DNA of 64,000 bases from Limnochordia bacterium (GCA_050951545.1 JBMNJG010000004.1:32001-96000); one strand, 5' to 3'. Numbered from the stretch's first letter, positions 10,240-20,790 are shown. Program-made: numbers and translations. The notes: generated from the sequence alone by a model not told the origin.

Positions 10240-11469
10240 GTGAGACACTACACCGCGGTCATTGGTCTGTGTATCCTTATGCTAATAGCTGTGGCTATCG
10301 GCGCTGAGGCATCCGCGGTGAGCGTCCATCTGTTCTGGGGCGATGGCTGCACCGTTTGCGCCAAGGAGAAGCTGTTCCTGGCCGAACTCCAGAAGGAGTA
10401 CGGAGAGGCTCTGGAAGTACATGAGTACGAAATCTGGTACCATCCGGAACTCAAACCGCTGCTTTTTGAGATGGCCGAACAGCGCGGTGTTGAAGTCGAT
10501 GCCGTGCCAGTGACGTTCATTGGCGAGCGAGCTTGGATAGGTTTCGACGAAGCCATGGGCGAAGAGATGATCGAGACCATTGAGGCCATCATCAGCGGAA
10601 GACCCACTGATGCTATGGGTGCCCCAACTACCGTGCGTCTGCCTTTTGGCAAGGCGGTCGATCTGCGGAACCATTCTCTGGTGTGGGCCACCGTGCTTAT
10701 TGGCCTTGTCGACGGCATGAACCCCTGCTCGCTTTGGGTGCTCTCCCTACTCTTGGCGATGATTTTGCGTTCAGGTTCACGTGTCAGAATTCTCCTCGTG
10801 GGGATCACGTTCTTGGTAGTGACCGCCACGATCTACTCGCTTTTTCTGGCAGGCCTGTTTAGTGTGTTTTCTTATGTAGGGTATTTGCGCTGGATTCAAG
10901 TGGGGGCCGCTGTGGTCGCTCTTCTGGTTGGGGCGTTCAACGTCAAGGAGTACGTGGCGTTTGGCGTCGGGCCGTCTCTGACCATCTCTGAGGAGAGCAA
11001 GCCCCGCATATACCGTGGTATTCGGGCCATCATGGCTCAAGAGGGTCCGGCAATGGCGGTCGGGGCGACAGCGGTCTTGGCTGCGGGGGCTTCTCTGATG
11101 GAGCTTCCATGCACGGCGGGGTTTCCGATGGTCTGGTCAAATCTCCTGTCGGCTCAAGGGGTAGGCAGGTTTGAGTTCTCGGCCTTGCTTTTGCTGTATA
11201 TGGCGATGTACCTCTTGGATGAACTCGTCGTCTTTCTCGCTGTGCTGATCACGCTCAAGGCGAGTCGTCTGCAAGAGCGGCATGGTCGGCTCCTGAAACT
11301 GGGAGGCGGCAGCCTCATGTTAGCTTTCGCAGGGGCCCTTCTGATCAGGCCCGAACTAATGAATGATCTATCAGGTACGCTTGTTGTATGTGCCGCGGCA
11401 ACCGCCTTGGCCATGGTAGTAGCTATGGTCTGCGGTGGTGCAAGAAGACGCGATCAGATGCGTACGTGA
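10240..11469 (+). CDS. Thioredoxin/glutaredoxin-like domain fused to a CcdA/DsbD-like membrane domain
   Basis: Signal peptide, CTVC, cis-Pro VP, then NPCS and ELPCT cysteine pair in a multi-TM region. Confidence 0.8.
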   Translation: MRHYTAVIGLCILMLIAVAIGAEASAVSVHLFWGDGCTVCAKEKLFLAELQKEYGEALEVHEYEIWYHPELKPLLFEMAEQRGVEVDAVPVTFIGERAWIGFDEAMGEEMIETIEAIISGRPTDAMGAPTTVRLPFGKAVDLRNHSLVWATVLIGLVDGMNPCSLWVLSLLLAMILRSGSRVRILLVGITFLVVTATIYSLFLAGLFSVFSYVGYLRWIQVGAAVVALLVGAFNVKEYVAFGVGPSLTISEESKPRIYRGIRAIMAQEGPAMAVGATAVLAAGASLMELPCTAGFPMVWSNLLSAQGVGRFEFSALLLLYMAMYLLDELVVFLAVLITLKASRLQERHGRLLKLGGGSLMLAFAGALLIRPELMNDLSGTLVVCAAATALAMVVAMVCGGARRRDQMRT

Positions 11470-11494
11470 ATGCACGAATCTGGGGGGAAGTGCT

Positions 11495-12046
11495 ATGGTC
11501 AGGCGGATAATGCTCGTCCTACTAGCCCTACTTGTGTCTGCTTCTGGAGTAGTAGGGCCGGCAGTTGCTTGGGCCGACGACTGTGCGTGTTCGAGTCTGT
11601 CGCCACCCGAGGGTTACTACGTCACGTCCATCAGTCCGGTCTGGGTGAAGGGAAGGTCCTTCTTGGCGACTGGCAGCATGGTCACCATTTCGGAGGCGCA
11701 TCTAGTTTCTCTGGATGTGCTGCTGCAGTTGACAAGCATACTAGAGAAGTCTAAAGACCACTCAGTCAAGGTGGCTGATGTACTGGCAGGCAACTACCTA
11801 GTTGCTCGCCTGTCCTTGTACGCCAGCAAGGGGTCGCTGGCAGCTGATCAACTGTCGTTCTTTCTGGAGACCTCTGAGTGCAAGGCGATCTTTCCGGTGG
11901 CTCGCATTGAGTGGCCAGCAAATCTGTCGTATCTTTCGCTCTATCTTCTCGTGGACAAGGCTCAGGTACTCGATGCCAGCCCCAGCTGGGTGAGAATGCA
12001 TGTGGCTGGGCCGCAAGGCCAAGGATACTTTCAGTTGAGAGGCTGA
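11495..12046 (+). CDS. Hypothetical secreted protein
   Basis: Sec-type signal peptide (AWA) and GGGGGA RBS. No motif recognised. Confidence 0.55.
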   Translation: MVRRIMLVLLALLVSASGVVGPAVAWADDCACSSLSPPEGYYVTSISPVWVKGRSFLATGSMVTISEAHLVSLDVLLQLTSILEKSKDHSVKVADVLAGNYLVARLSLYASKGSLAADQLSFFLETSECKAIFPVARIEWPANLSYLSLYLLVDKAQVLDASPSWVRMHVAGPQGQGYFQLRG

Positions 12047-12099
12047 GCGAGTTCAAGTCCTGATGAAGCGGTGAATTCACGGAGGGAGTCAGATGCTCT

Positions 12100-12921
12100 A
12101 TGGCAAAGCCACAGTTACCTCTTGTTGGCTCAGGTACTCTAACGCAGGAGTCGCTGCGAGGGCGAGTCGCTGTGGTCAGTGGTGCTGGTGATGGTATCGG
12201 CTATGAGGCAGCCCGGGCGCTGGCCTGGCTTGGTGCCCATGTAGTGATCGCTGAATTAGACAGACGTCGGGGTCGTAAGGCCGAACGCCAGCTCTCTGAG
12301 GAGATGGGTGAAGGCAGCGTCACCTTTTTGCATACGGATGTCGGCGATGAGCGCTCGATGGGGCGCATGACGACACGCTTGCTCGAAAGCGTGGGCAAAG
12401 CTGATATTGTGATTAACAACGCGGCTGTAGCACCGATTGGGTCCGTGCAGGAGACGACGATTCACGAGTGGGATCGCAGTTACAGAGCCAATGTGCGTGG
12501 ACCCGTCTTGTTGGCGCAAGCGTTTGTGCCGGGCATGGTAAAGCGCAAGTATGGGGTCTTCATGTGCGTATCGTCATCGGGAGCAGCGCCTTACATGGGA
12601 GCCTATGAGGTCTTCAAGACGGCTCAGACAGAGCTGGCAAAGACACTGGCGGCAGAGTTGAACGGTAGTGGCGTTTCGGTCTTCAGCATCGCTCCAGGCT
12701 TTGTGCCCACTACACCTGGAGCTGTCTCAGCCATTGCCAAGGCGGCGGCTATTCAGGGCCGCAGTGCACCTGAGTTTGAGGCGATGCATCAAGAGCACGC
12801 GGTCTCCGCTGAGGTTGCTGGAGCTGGTTTTGCGGCAGCAGCGGCTTTGGCTTCTGACTTGCACGGGCAGGAAATCACCAGCAGGCAGGCTCTGCAAATG
12901 ATTGGCATTAGCACATACTAG
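12100..12921 (+). CDS. SDR family oxidoreductase
   Basis: SGAGDGIG, NNAA and YEVFK (YxxxK) motifs. Confidence 0.9.
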   Translation: MAKPQLPLVGSGTLTQESLRGRVAVVSGAGDGIGYEAARALAWLGAHVVIAELDRRRGRKAERQLSEEMGEGSVTFLHTDVGDERSMGRMTTRLLESVGKADIVINNAAVAPIGSVQETTIHEWDRSYRANVRGPVLLAQAFVPGMVKRKYGVFMCVSSSGAAPYMGAYEVFKTAQTELAKTLAAELNGSGVSVFSIAPGFVPTTPGAVSAIAKAAAIQGRSAPEFEAMHQEHAVSAEVAGAGFAAAAALASDLHGQEITSRQALQMIGISTY

Positions 12922-13005
12922 ACTCAGCAGGGCCTGACTGCGTGAACTGCACATACATAGGCACCCTGGGATTCATCTCTAACTCCAGGCACTGCGGCGC
13001 ATAGG

Positions 13006-13701
13006 ATGGTGGCGACGATGAGGAAAATTGCTGACGGAAAGACCAAGACGCTCTACGCCTTAGGCGAGGACCAGGTGGTCTTGGTGTTCAAAGATGACGT
13101 TACAGGTACAGACGGCGGGATAGATCCGGGTGGCAATAGAGTGGTTGGTCACGTCGAAGGCAAGGGGCTAGCTGCTCTCAGACAGTCGGCCTACTTTTTC
13201 AGTCTACTGGCTGCCCATGGTGTGCCGACGCACTTCGTGTCGGTCGATTTAGATGAGGGGATTCTCATTGCCAGACGAGCCACTTGGTATGGACTGGAAT
13301 TCGTGGTTCGTTTTAGGGCCTTTGGCAGTTTTGTACGGCGCTACGGTCGATATGTGCAAGAGGGGGCCGATCTGGGCGCTCTTGTCGAGATCACACTCAA
13401 AGATGACGAGCGGGGCGACCCACTGATTGTCGACGAGGCCTTGGACGTTCTGGGCATCATGCCATTGGACAAGGTGCACGAAGGGAAGGCTCTCGTGAGG
13501 AAGGCCGCTATCCTTATTCGTGAGGATCTGTCGACCAAGGGGCTTGAGCTTGTGGACATGAAGTTCGAGTGCGGCATGGTTGACGAACGCCTTGTGATTA
13601 TCGACGATATCTCAACGGACAACATGAGAGTGATGCGCGAGGGCCGGATGCTGAGCCCGCAAGAGCTGTTGGAGCTTACGGTGGGTTCTCCTTCAGACTA
13701 G
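13006..13701 (+). CDS. purC: SAICAR synthase
   Basis: GKTK, FKDD, PTHF, LEFVVR, KDD, DMKFECG and DDISTDNMR motifs. Confidence 0.9.
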   Translation: MVATMRKIADGKTKTLYALGEDQVVLVFKDDVTGTDGGIDPGGNRVVGHVEGKGLAALRQSAYFFSLLAAHGVPTHFVSVDLDEGILIARRATWYGLEFVVRFRAFGSFVRRYGRYVQEGADLGALVEITLKDDERGDPLIVDEALDVLGIMPLDKVHEGKALVRKAAILIREDLSTKGLELVDMKFECGMVDERLVIIDDISTDNMRVMREGRMLSPQELLELTVGSPSD

Positions 13702-13723
13702 CTCGGAGGGGAAACCAGGAGTT

Positions 13724-13760
13724 GAGCGCCGCGACCAGCTCGGTACGGCGCTCTAGTTTT
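13724..13760. terminator. Hairpin/terminator between convergent purC and trpB
   Basis: GAGCGCCG...CGGCGCTC followed by TAGTTTT. Confidence 0.55.
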
Positions 13761-13783
13761 CTTCGCGTGATCGGGTGGCGATC

Positions 13784-14989
13784 TTAGGCCTTTGTGGCCG
13801 TAGCGGCCTGTCTGCTGCTGAGGTAGGCCGCCACTTGCTGCACGTCCTTGTCGCCGCGGCCGGAGACGTTCACGATCATGATCGCTTCTTTGCCTAATTC
13901 AGGGGCTAGTCGGCGAGCATGGGCTACGGCATGAGCGCTCTCCAGAGCTGGGATAATGCCTTCCGTACGAGACAATAGGACGAGCGCATCGACGGCCTCG
14001 TCGTCAGTGATGGCTACGTACTCGGCGCGCCCACTGTCCTTGAGGAAGCTATGCTCCGGGCCGACACCCGGGTAATCAAGACCTGCTGATATGGAGTAGG
14101 GCTCCATAACCCGGCCTTCGTTATCCTGGAGCAGGTAGCTCAGCGCACCGTGCAGGACTCCGGGTGAGCCTTTGGTGAGCGTCGCCGCGTTCTTGTCTGT
14201 GTCGATGCCCAGCCCCGCGGCCTCAGCTCCGATAAGGCGTACCGGGTCGTTAACGAAAGCGTGGAAAATGCCGATGGCATTGCTGCCTCCGCCCACACAG
14301 GCCACCACTGCATCTGGCAAACGTTTCTCTTGCGCCAGGATCTGTTCGCGGGCCTCGCGGCCGATAATCGACTGGAAGTCGCGCACCATGGTCGGGTAGG
14401 GGTGCGGGCCGACGGCTGAGCCGATAAGATAGAAGGTGTCCGACACGTTATCCACCCAATCGGCGATGGCCGCATCGACAGCTTCTGTGAGGGTACGGGT
14501 TCCCTCTGTAGCGGGCCGTACTTCGGCCCCGAGCAAGCGCATGCGGAAGACGTTCAACGCTTGGCGACGCATGTCTTCCTCGCCCATGTATATGACACAC
14601 CTCAGACCGAAGAGAGCACACACAGTAGCTGTAGCCACACCATGCTGTCCGGCACCAGTCTCTGCAATGATCCGCTGTTTCCCCATGCGTTTCGCCAATA
14701 AGATCTGACCGATGGTGTTGTTGATCTTGTGAGCTCCGGTGTGGTTGAGGTCTTCTCTCTTGAGATAGATGGTAGCCCCACCAAGCTCCTTCGTGAGACG
14801 CTCAGCTCGATACAGTGGCGATGGTCGGCCAGCGTAGTGGTGCAGATAGTATGCGTACTCCTCCCGAAACGTAGGATCTGCTGCCACCTTCTGGTACATA
14901 CCGTCGAGTTCATTGAGAACTGGAATGAGTACTGCTGGTACGTGCTGACCCCCGAAGGTACCGAAATAGCCGGGTTTCTGAGTCGACAT
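13784..14989 (-). CDS. trpB: Tryptophan synthase beta chain (stand-alone, no adjacent trpA)
   Basis: [11 protein letters not shown] (PLP lysine), [24 protein letters not shown] and SGRGDKD motifs. Confidence 0.97.
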   Translation of the reverse strand: MSTQKPGYFGTFGGQHVPAVLIPVLNELDGMYQKVAADPTFREEYAYYLHHYAGRPSPLYRAERLTKELGGATIYLKREDLNHTGAHKINNTIGQILLAKRMGKQRIIAETGAGQHGVATATVCALFGLRCVIYMGEEDMRRQALNVFRMRLLGAEVRPATEGTRTLTEAVDAAIADWVDNVSDTFYLIGSAVGPHPYPTMVRDFQSIIGREAREQILAQEKRLPDAVVACVGGGSNAIGIFHAFVNDPVRLIGAEAAGLGIDTDKNAATLTKGSPGVLHGALSYLLQDNEGRVMEPYSISAGLDYPGVGPEHSFLKDSGRAEYVAITDDEAVDALVLLSRTEGIIPALESAHAVAHARRLAPELGKEAIMIVNVSGRGDKDVQQVAAYLSSRQAATATKA

Positions 14990-15043
14990 GATGCCGCCCC
15001 CTTGGAATAGGTTTTTGATAGGGGTCTAGCAGGGCTTGTAGGC

Positions 15044-15079
15044 AAACAAAAAGCCGCCGACGCTGCAGAGTTCGGCGGT
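15044..15079 (-). terminator. Intrinsic attenuator terminator in the trpB leader
   Basis: Minus strand CCGCCGA-loop-TCGGCGG followed by CTTTTTGTTT. Confidence 0.8.
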
Positions 15080-15083
15080 GGAT

Positions 15084-15165
15084 CTCATAGCTCTCATTTA
15101 GGCTCCAAAAGAAGCACTAACTAAGCTAAACTGGCTCGCCTCTGCTCGTGTCCCTATGCTCGCTG
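15084..15165 (-). promoter_or_regulatory. TRAP (MtrB) binding array, 11 (G/U)AG repeats
   Basis: Leader RNA reads GAG ca UAG ggacac GAG ca GAG gc GAG ccaguu UAG cu UAG u UAG ... GAG ... GAG ... GAG directly before the terminator. Confidence 0.8.
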
Positions 15166-15210
15166 TGGCGGTGGCCCTCTGGCCTACCTTCGTCCGCAAC
15201 GATTGATCTC

Positions 15211-15239
15211 ATTGTAGAGGGTTCCTCTGTGGGTGTCAA
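15211..15239 (-). promoter_or_regulatory. sigmaA promoter of trpB
   Basis: TTGACA-17bp-TACAAT on the minus strand. Confidence 0.8.
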
Positions 15240-15321
15240 GGTCATGATCAAATGAATTGTGCTTTCCACTGGGCAGGGACGGCTTGCCAGATGCACAACT
15301 GGCAAGCCGTCCTCAAGTGAG

Positions 15322-16419
15322 CTAGAGAAGACTGGCATCGGGCGTCCGCGCTTGACGGGCCAGGCGCGGCAAGAAGCTCTCCATGTCTTGCGGCTCATCG
15401 CCAGCTGCAGCTTCTTTGATCGCCTCTCCGAGGGCCTCTCCAATCAGATGGGCTAGCTGTCGCCCTTCCTGAAGCAGATCGTACTGACTTTTTCGCAACC
15501 CCTTTGGGCTGTACCAAGCTGTCTCTAGCGCAAGCGCCTTGCTGTCTGGGTAGAGTTGGCTGGCCCAGCTGCCAAAACCGCCAGCTGTTAGCTCTGAGGC
15601 GGTTCTCAGGTCTGTGAACCACGAGGCGACATCCACTGGTTCAGTCTGGTGCGTCATGAGGCTGCCTCCAGCACCCAGCACCTGCGATGTCAGAGTAACC
15701 GTCAGTGCGGTGGGACAGCCTGCCTGATGCTGCTCTGCAAGAAGCTGCGCAATGTGGCCCATGGTTGTGCCCTCCAAAGATTCATCCCAGGTCAGTCGCC
15801 TGATGCTTTCGCCTTTGGCAACGCCTGCGGTGTCAAGAAGAGGGACGACGCAGAAGTGGTACGTGCGCCGCAGTTGTCTGGCCACGGGGTGAGGCGACAG
15901 CAGAAAGCGGATGAGGCCTTCCGCAACCCATGAACTCGCAGACTGAATGGGGCTTTCCCGAGCAACCACCCACACTACAGGTTTGCCTGCCTGATCACCG
16001 AAATCCGTAATGTGCATACATAGTGGGTCCTGCAGGTGACGGCCCCCCAAGGGCTCCAAATCCACGTGCGGGGAACGCCGTGCCCACAGCGATAGCTCGT
16101 AGAGCATACAGTTGGTGTAAGGCGGTGTCAGACTAACAACCGCAGCCTCGTTACGAAAACGTTGTACGAAAACGCTAGGTGTACGGACTTCATCGACAGC
16201 AGTCCAGTCGAAACGATCATACGAGATGCTTACTGGCGCTTGGCCAAGCTCGAGTCCAGGAATATCGAAGTGCCAGGTCTGTTGGTCTACCCCTTGGATA
16301 AAGAAGTAAAACCAAGGCGCATTCCGTGGATCAGCTAGCTCCAAACGTATGCTGCCCGAAGTGATAGACCATTCGTCGAGCTTGCCATTCTGGAAATCCG
16401 CCGAGATGAAAGGGTTCAA
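15322..16419 (-). CDS. M14 (Nna1/CCP-like) zinc carboxypeptidase homolog with degenerate active site
   Basis: N-domain (ADFQNG...WFYF), PPYT, VWVVAR, GLIRFLLS and FCVVPLL framework is present, but the HxxE position reads SPIQ. Confidence 0.65.
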   Translation of the reverse strand: MNPFISADFQNGKLDEWSITSGSIRLELADPRNAPWFYFFIQGVDQQTWHFDIPGLELGQAPVSISYDRFDWTAVDEVRTPSVFVQRFRNEAAVVSLTPPYTNCMLYELSLWARRSPHVDLEPLGGRHLQDPLCMHITDFGDQAGKPVVWVVARESPIQSASSWVAEGLIRFLLSPHPVARQLRRTYHFCVVPLLDTAGVAKGESIRRLTWDESLEGTTMGHIAQLLAEQHQAGCPTALTVTLTSQVLGAGGSLMTHQTEPVDVASWFTDLRTASELTAGGFGSWASQLYPDSKALALETAWYSPKGLRKSQYDLLQEGRQLAHLIGEALGEAIKEAAAGDEPQDMESFLPRLARQARTPDASLL

Positions 16420-16485
16420 CTGGGTCCACGCTCCTCCGCAAGAGTCCTTCTAGGCTGCATCACCCTCATGGGACGATGCGCACGC

Positions 16486-17283
16486 CTATTGGGGCCAAAT
16501 GACCTTCAGAAGTGCTATCATGTCGTCGCTGCGATACAGCATCGTGTGGGCGTCGATCTGGTCAGCCCTGACGCCCTCTATTTTTCTGGCAGGGGTGCGA
16601 TAAGGATAGATATAGCGCACCTCCCATGCATACGGCGGTTCAAAGCACAAGGGAGCTACCTCATCGATCCTCTGACACGCGGCACTGACAGTGCTCTGGA
16701 TTTGTGCGCACACCTCTTCTGGCGGCACATGGCGTGCTTTCTGCCAACCTTTCCCCCATTTGGTGACCACTGTGGAAATGTTGGGTACCAGGGCTTTGGC
16801 CTCTTCCACCAACTTGTCGTCGCCGCAGGCGAAGATCACGGGGGTCTTCTGGAAGCCAGCGATTGCGGTCCAAAACCCAAACTCACCCACATAGATGTTG
16901 TTGATCCTGTAGTAGACGATGTTCTTGGAAGACATGGTATGGCACAGTGGAGCATGAGCCATACCTGCCATGGCGTGTTGCCCGACAAACATGACTGCAT
17001 CGTACTGCGAAAGGAGTGTATAGCGAGGACGGGTCTGGTCTCGACCCCGGACATAGTTGGCCCTGCTATCCATTTCCTCCTTGATGATTCCGCCAGAGCC
17101 ATGTCCATCCGACATATCAATCACCGCGTCAGGACACGCATCGAGGATGCCGCGAATGCAGGCATTGACTTCCTGTGTGAGTTGACGCATGGACGCAAAC
17201 CTGAAGGGTTCATCCCCATAGGTTTGGTTGAATCGATCTACACCGGAGACCCCTTCGAGATCGGTGACAACGTAGAATTTCAC
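16486..17283 (-). CDS. M55 family D-aminopeptidase (DppA-like)
   Basis: DLEGVSG, DGHG, GQHA, HTMS, GE and GDD motifs. Confidence 0.92.
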   Translation of the reverse strand: MKFYVVTDLEGVSGVDRFNQTYGDEPFRFASMRQLTQEVNACIRGILDACPDAVIDMSDGHGSGGIIKEEMDSRANYVRGRDQTRPRYTLLSQYDAVMFVGQHAMAGMAHAPLCHTMSSKNIVYYRINNIYVGEFGFWTAIAGFQKTPVIFACGDDKLVEEAKALVPNISTVVTKWGKGWQKARHVPPEEVCAQIQSTVSAACQRIDEVAPLCFEPPYAWEVRYIYPYRTPARKIEGVRADQIDAHTMLYRSDDMIALLKVIWPQ

Positions 17284-17308
17284 TGGTGACTCAGCTCCTA
17301 TTGGCAGA

Positions 17309-18598
17309 CTACTTAAACAGGGGGTTCTCCCGGATCAGGCTATTCATCGTCTCTTCAATCTCACCCATTGCTGCCGCGACTGGGGCCTCGCCACGTGCTG
17401 CTTTGTATATGGCTTTTTCGAAAACGGGCTTGATCGTGCCAGCCCAGGCAGGCAACAGAGACATGCGGGTATTCCAGTAGTAGTTGGCGCCCTCCAATGC
17501 GACAGTCAGGTCGGCGTTAGGCAGACCGCGCCGCAAGGTGTCCATCCAGTTCCTCCAGTACTGTCTGTGCACTGGCGGTGACAGTGACTCATACTTCAGC
17601 CAAGGAACATAGCCTTCATCGTAGGTGAAATACTTGACGAATCTCCATGCCGACTCGACGTCTGTGCATGTTGAGGAGATGCCCCAGCCGTTGATGCCAC
17701 CCTGAACGGCTACTGTACTGCCCCAAGGTAGGGGAGCCAAGCCGAGGTCAATCTGCTGTGGGTCCACCTGGGTCATCCAGGATCCTGTCTGCATGACCTG
17801 CGTTGAAAGGTTGCCATTGAGGAGGGCGAGTCCTCCACGTTCATGGGCCTTGGGGGCTACTCCGTCCTTCAACCAGATATCGATCAGGCGTGTGTAGGCG
17901 TCTACGACCTCTGGGGTAGCCCCAAGGAAGCGATCTACCCGTGGAGTAACCCAATCGACGCCGAAAAGCCCAAGAAGGTAGTAGGCCTCAGGGCCTACGG
18001 AGATCATAGTACCCCAGCGTTCAACCTTGCTATCGGCTCCTATACGTTGTACCTTCTTCAGCGATGCCGTCCAGGCGTCTAGCTGCATGGATGGGTGGCC
18101 ATACTCTGTTGTCAGGTAAGGCACTCCTGCGTCACGGAAGTGACTGCGGTTATAGAAGGTCGTGCTGACTGCCATGTTGTAGGGCAGAGTGTAGATATCG
18201 CCCAGGATGTCGTAAGGCGCGTGCCAAAGAACGGGCTTTGGGTACATGTTCAGATTGAGTTTGTCGCGAGCAATCAGCGGTGTGAGCGGTATCAACCAGC
18301 CACTCAGTGCGGCTTTAGCGGCATGGCCCTGATCAAAACGGATGAGATCAAGTTGCTGCCCGGCAGCCAACATCATGGGCACTTTCTCGTCGAAGGCCCC
18401 CCAGCTTGTGACGATCAACTCCACTTCGATACCTGTTTTCTGTGTGAACTCTGCGACAGCTTTCGTGGTACCATCGAGCGAACCAACGTTGATGGCCACG
18501 AGCTTCTCAGTTCTCGCACCTTCGGCTGTGAAGGCTGCAGCCCACAGCAGTATGATTACCGCTAGAGCGACTGAGTGACGCATCTTTGCCAAGCACAT
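17309..18598 (-). CDS. Extracellular solute-binding protein (ABC family 1)
   Basis: Signal peptide, MLAAG..D, YTLP...FYN and GWGIS...AWRFVKY motifs. ATG 18598 after GAGGTG. Confidence 0.88.
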   Translation of the reverse strand: MCLAKMRHSVALAVIILLWAAAFTAEGARTEKLVAINVGSLDGTTKAVAEFTQKTGIEVELIVTSWGAFDEKVPMMLAAGQQLDLIRFDQGHAAKAALSGWLIPLTPLIARDKLNLNMYPKPVLWHAPYDILGDIYTLPYNMAVSTTFYNRSHFRDAGVPYLTTEYGHPSMQLDAWTASLKKVQRIGADSKVERWGTMISVGPEAYYLLGLFGVDWVTPRVDRFLGATPEVVDAYTRLIDIWLKDGVAPKAHERGGLALLNGNLSTQVMQTGSWMTQVDPQQIDLGLAPLPWGSTVAVQGGINGWGISSTCTDVESAWRFVKYFTYDEGYVPWLKYESLSPPVHRQYWRNWMDTLRRGLPNADLTVALEGANYYWNTRMSLLPAWAGTIKPVFEKAIYKAARGEAPVAAAMGEIEETMNSLIRENPLFK

Positions 18599-18913
18599 TT
18601 TCTTGCCCCACCTCTCTGTTTTGTCGTCTGATGGCAACGTACGGCTAATTTCCTCCTTGGTGGAGCGATTCCTGCCTGAACTAGAATCGTCTGACTGTCT
18701 ATCGCGAACCGCGCTTGGGCGCCCGACCCTGCGGGAGATTTCAGAACCAAACATTGCACTTACAGAAGAAATATCAAACAAGGAGCAGATGTCTTTGTGA
18801 GGAACCATATTTGCATGGGTTTCGTTTGGTGGATATTGCGCAGCACGAGGACCACCCGCCAAGAACTCAGACGTGAACGGCATTATGCAGCCGAACTGGG
18901 GAGGTTGGTATTG

Positions 18914-20161
18914 GTGAAGCACAGATGTAGCTGGATCTTTGTGGTCATCATTTGGTTGGCGATAGCGCCGCTTGTGCTCGCGAAGCAGACACTGCAGATC
19001 ATGGTGCATGAGGGCGGCGACTATCTGGAGCGTACAAAACAGTTTTTCGATGAGTTCGACCGGAAAAACGCGGACATCGACGTAGAGATCGTGCCCGGTG
19101 CAGGGGGAACAACGCCGGAGGAAAAACTGGCCGTCATGGTGGCCGCGGGAGTGCCGCCTGATCTTGTGCGCACATGGAACGCTAAGCAGTTAGGCTCCTC
19201 AGGCCTGTTGGAGGACATCACGTCTCGCTTCCAAAGCTTGCCTTCGTCGGTACGCAACGACTTCTGGCCCAACCTGATACAGGACCTCAGCTATCAGGGC
19301 CGTCTCTACGCTTTGCCCCTGGGGACTGTCGTAACCATGTACTACTACAACAAGCAGCAGTTCGACGAACAGGGGGTCGCCTCACCCTCATCTGCTTGGA
19401 GTTGGGAAGGCGAGGGTACCAGCCAGCTCAAGAAGCTCAGCGTCGATCTGAATGGCGACGGAGTCATCGACAGATGGGGCTTGGGTCTCGTGAGCGGTAG
19501 TGAAGTCTATCCGTTCATATACGCCGCTGAGGGCGGACCATTGTTTAGCGAAGACGGGAAGAGGTTCCTGGCCAATACCGCCGCAACTCGTGATGCACTG
19601 CAGTTTCTGCAAGATTTGGCCCAGGTGCATCGGGCGATGCGTACAAGCGGAAGCTGGACCGACTTCGCTGAGCAGCGTGTCTCATCGCTGCTATGGGGGA
19701 GCTTCATGGCGGGCTATTTCCCGAAGTACGAAAATCTGGATTGGGATTTTGCTCTCATACCAACGTTCAAGGGAGGTCGTGCCGCCAACGTATGGGCAGA
19801 AACCCCGTATGGCATTTCGGTGGGGGCCAAAAGCCCGGATCTTGCCTGGCGTGCTTTGGAGTACATAGCCAGCGTTGAGGGCCAACAGCTATCAATTAAG
19901 CTGGGCTGGGCCATCCCTCCGGCCCGCAGAAGTGTTACGGTTGGGGCGTTCTTGCAGCACTTCCGCGGTAAGGACATTGACGCGGTGGCTCAGATGCTCT
20001 CTGCACCGCATAACCAGCCTTTGCCGCGTCAGACACCGGCGGCTGCTACCAATATGTTGCGAAACTCGGTCTTTACGCCTGTGATACTGGGGCAGAAGGC
20101 ACCTGGGCAGGCACTTGACGAAGTGGCTCCTACAATCTCGGCTATCCTCGAGGGCCAGTAG
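18914..20161 (+). CDS. Extracellular solute-binding protein (ABC family 1)
   Basis: Signal peptide, AAGVPPD, LYALP, YYNK and DLNGDGVIDRWG motifs. Confidence 0.9.
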   Translation: MKHRCSWIFVVIIWLAIAPLVLAKQTLQIMVHEGGDYLERTKQFFDEFDRKNADIDVEIVPGAGGTTPEEKLAVMVAAGVPPDLVRTWNAKQLGSSGLLEDITSRFQSLPSSVRNDFWPNLIQDLSYQGRLYALPLGTVVTMYYYNKQQFDEQGVASPSSAWSWEGEGTSQLKKLSVDLNGDGVIDRWGLGLVSGSEVYPFIYAAEGGPLFSEDGKRFLANTAATRDALQFLQDLAQVHRAMRTSGSWTDFAEQRVSSLLWGSFMAGYFPKYENLDWDFALIPTFKGGRAANVWAETPYGISVGAKSPDLAWRALEYIASVEGQQLSIKLGWAIPPARRSVTVGAFLQHFRGKDIDAVAQMLSAPHNQPLPRQTPAAATNMLRNSVFTPVILGQKAPGQALDEVAPTISAILEGQ

Positions 20162-20300
20162 CGGGGATTCTCACCTGCCCGAATCCATTGCATAACGATG
20201 TTCAATTAGTAAGCAACCACAGAGCACGAAGCAGAGGAAATAACCTATGCAATGGGTAAAGATGCCACTAGGGGCACTAGAACACGGGAGGCAGGCAGAT

Positions 20301-20790
20301 ATGCGCACGAGCAAGATCAGTCTGGTAACCTTCGTGTTGTTGGTACTGCTGGGTACGATGCTCAGCACTGTGGCAGGGGCGAAGACCAAGATCGTGATGT
20401 GGACACTGGCAGGCGCTAGCGAGACGTACAAGAAGATTCACGAGGCCTTGTTGCCAGGCTTTGGCAAGGCGTTTGGGGACGTTGACTTAGAGCTTCATTA
20501 CATCCCTGATTATGCCGAGAAGTACATTGTCGCCTATGCCGCTGGTACTGCACCTGACATCGTTACGCTACCTACACGTTATCAGGCGGAGTACATTGAG
20601 AAGAAAATGGTAGTCCCTATCGACTTAGCTGCGTTCAACGTCAAGAGTGAGGCCGAGTTGGCCAAGATGATGATGCCCGGTACTATGGAGACCCTTAGGT
20701 ATCGTGACAACCACATATACTTCATGGCTACAGAGATCAGCGTGTTTGGTCTGTTCTGCAACAATGATCTGATGGGTCAGTATGGTGTAG
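20301..20790 (+). pseudogene. Solute-binding protein, N-terminal part, interrupted by the IS1634 element
   Basis: Signal peptide and AAGTAPD. Joins in frame across the GTGTAG duplication to 33337 (YGV-GSVPTTWEE). Confidence 0.9.

Noticed and set aside
15040-15210. T-box riboswitch or leader-peptide attenuator for trpB
   Set aside because: No T-box consensus (GGUGGnACCGCG) and no Trp-codon leader ORF. The (G/U)AG array explains the leader better.
16468-17289. 273-aa plus-strand ORF and the many similar antisense ORFs in the track
   Set aside because: Shadow frames of well-supported opposite-strand genes in GC-rich DNA, with no motifs or RBS.
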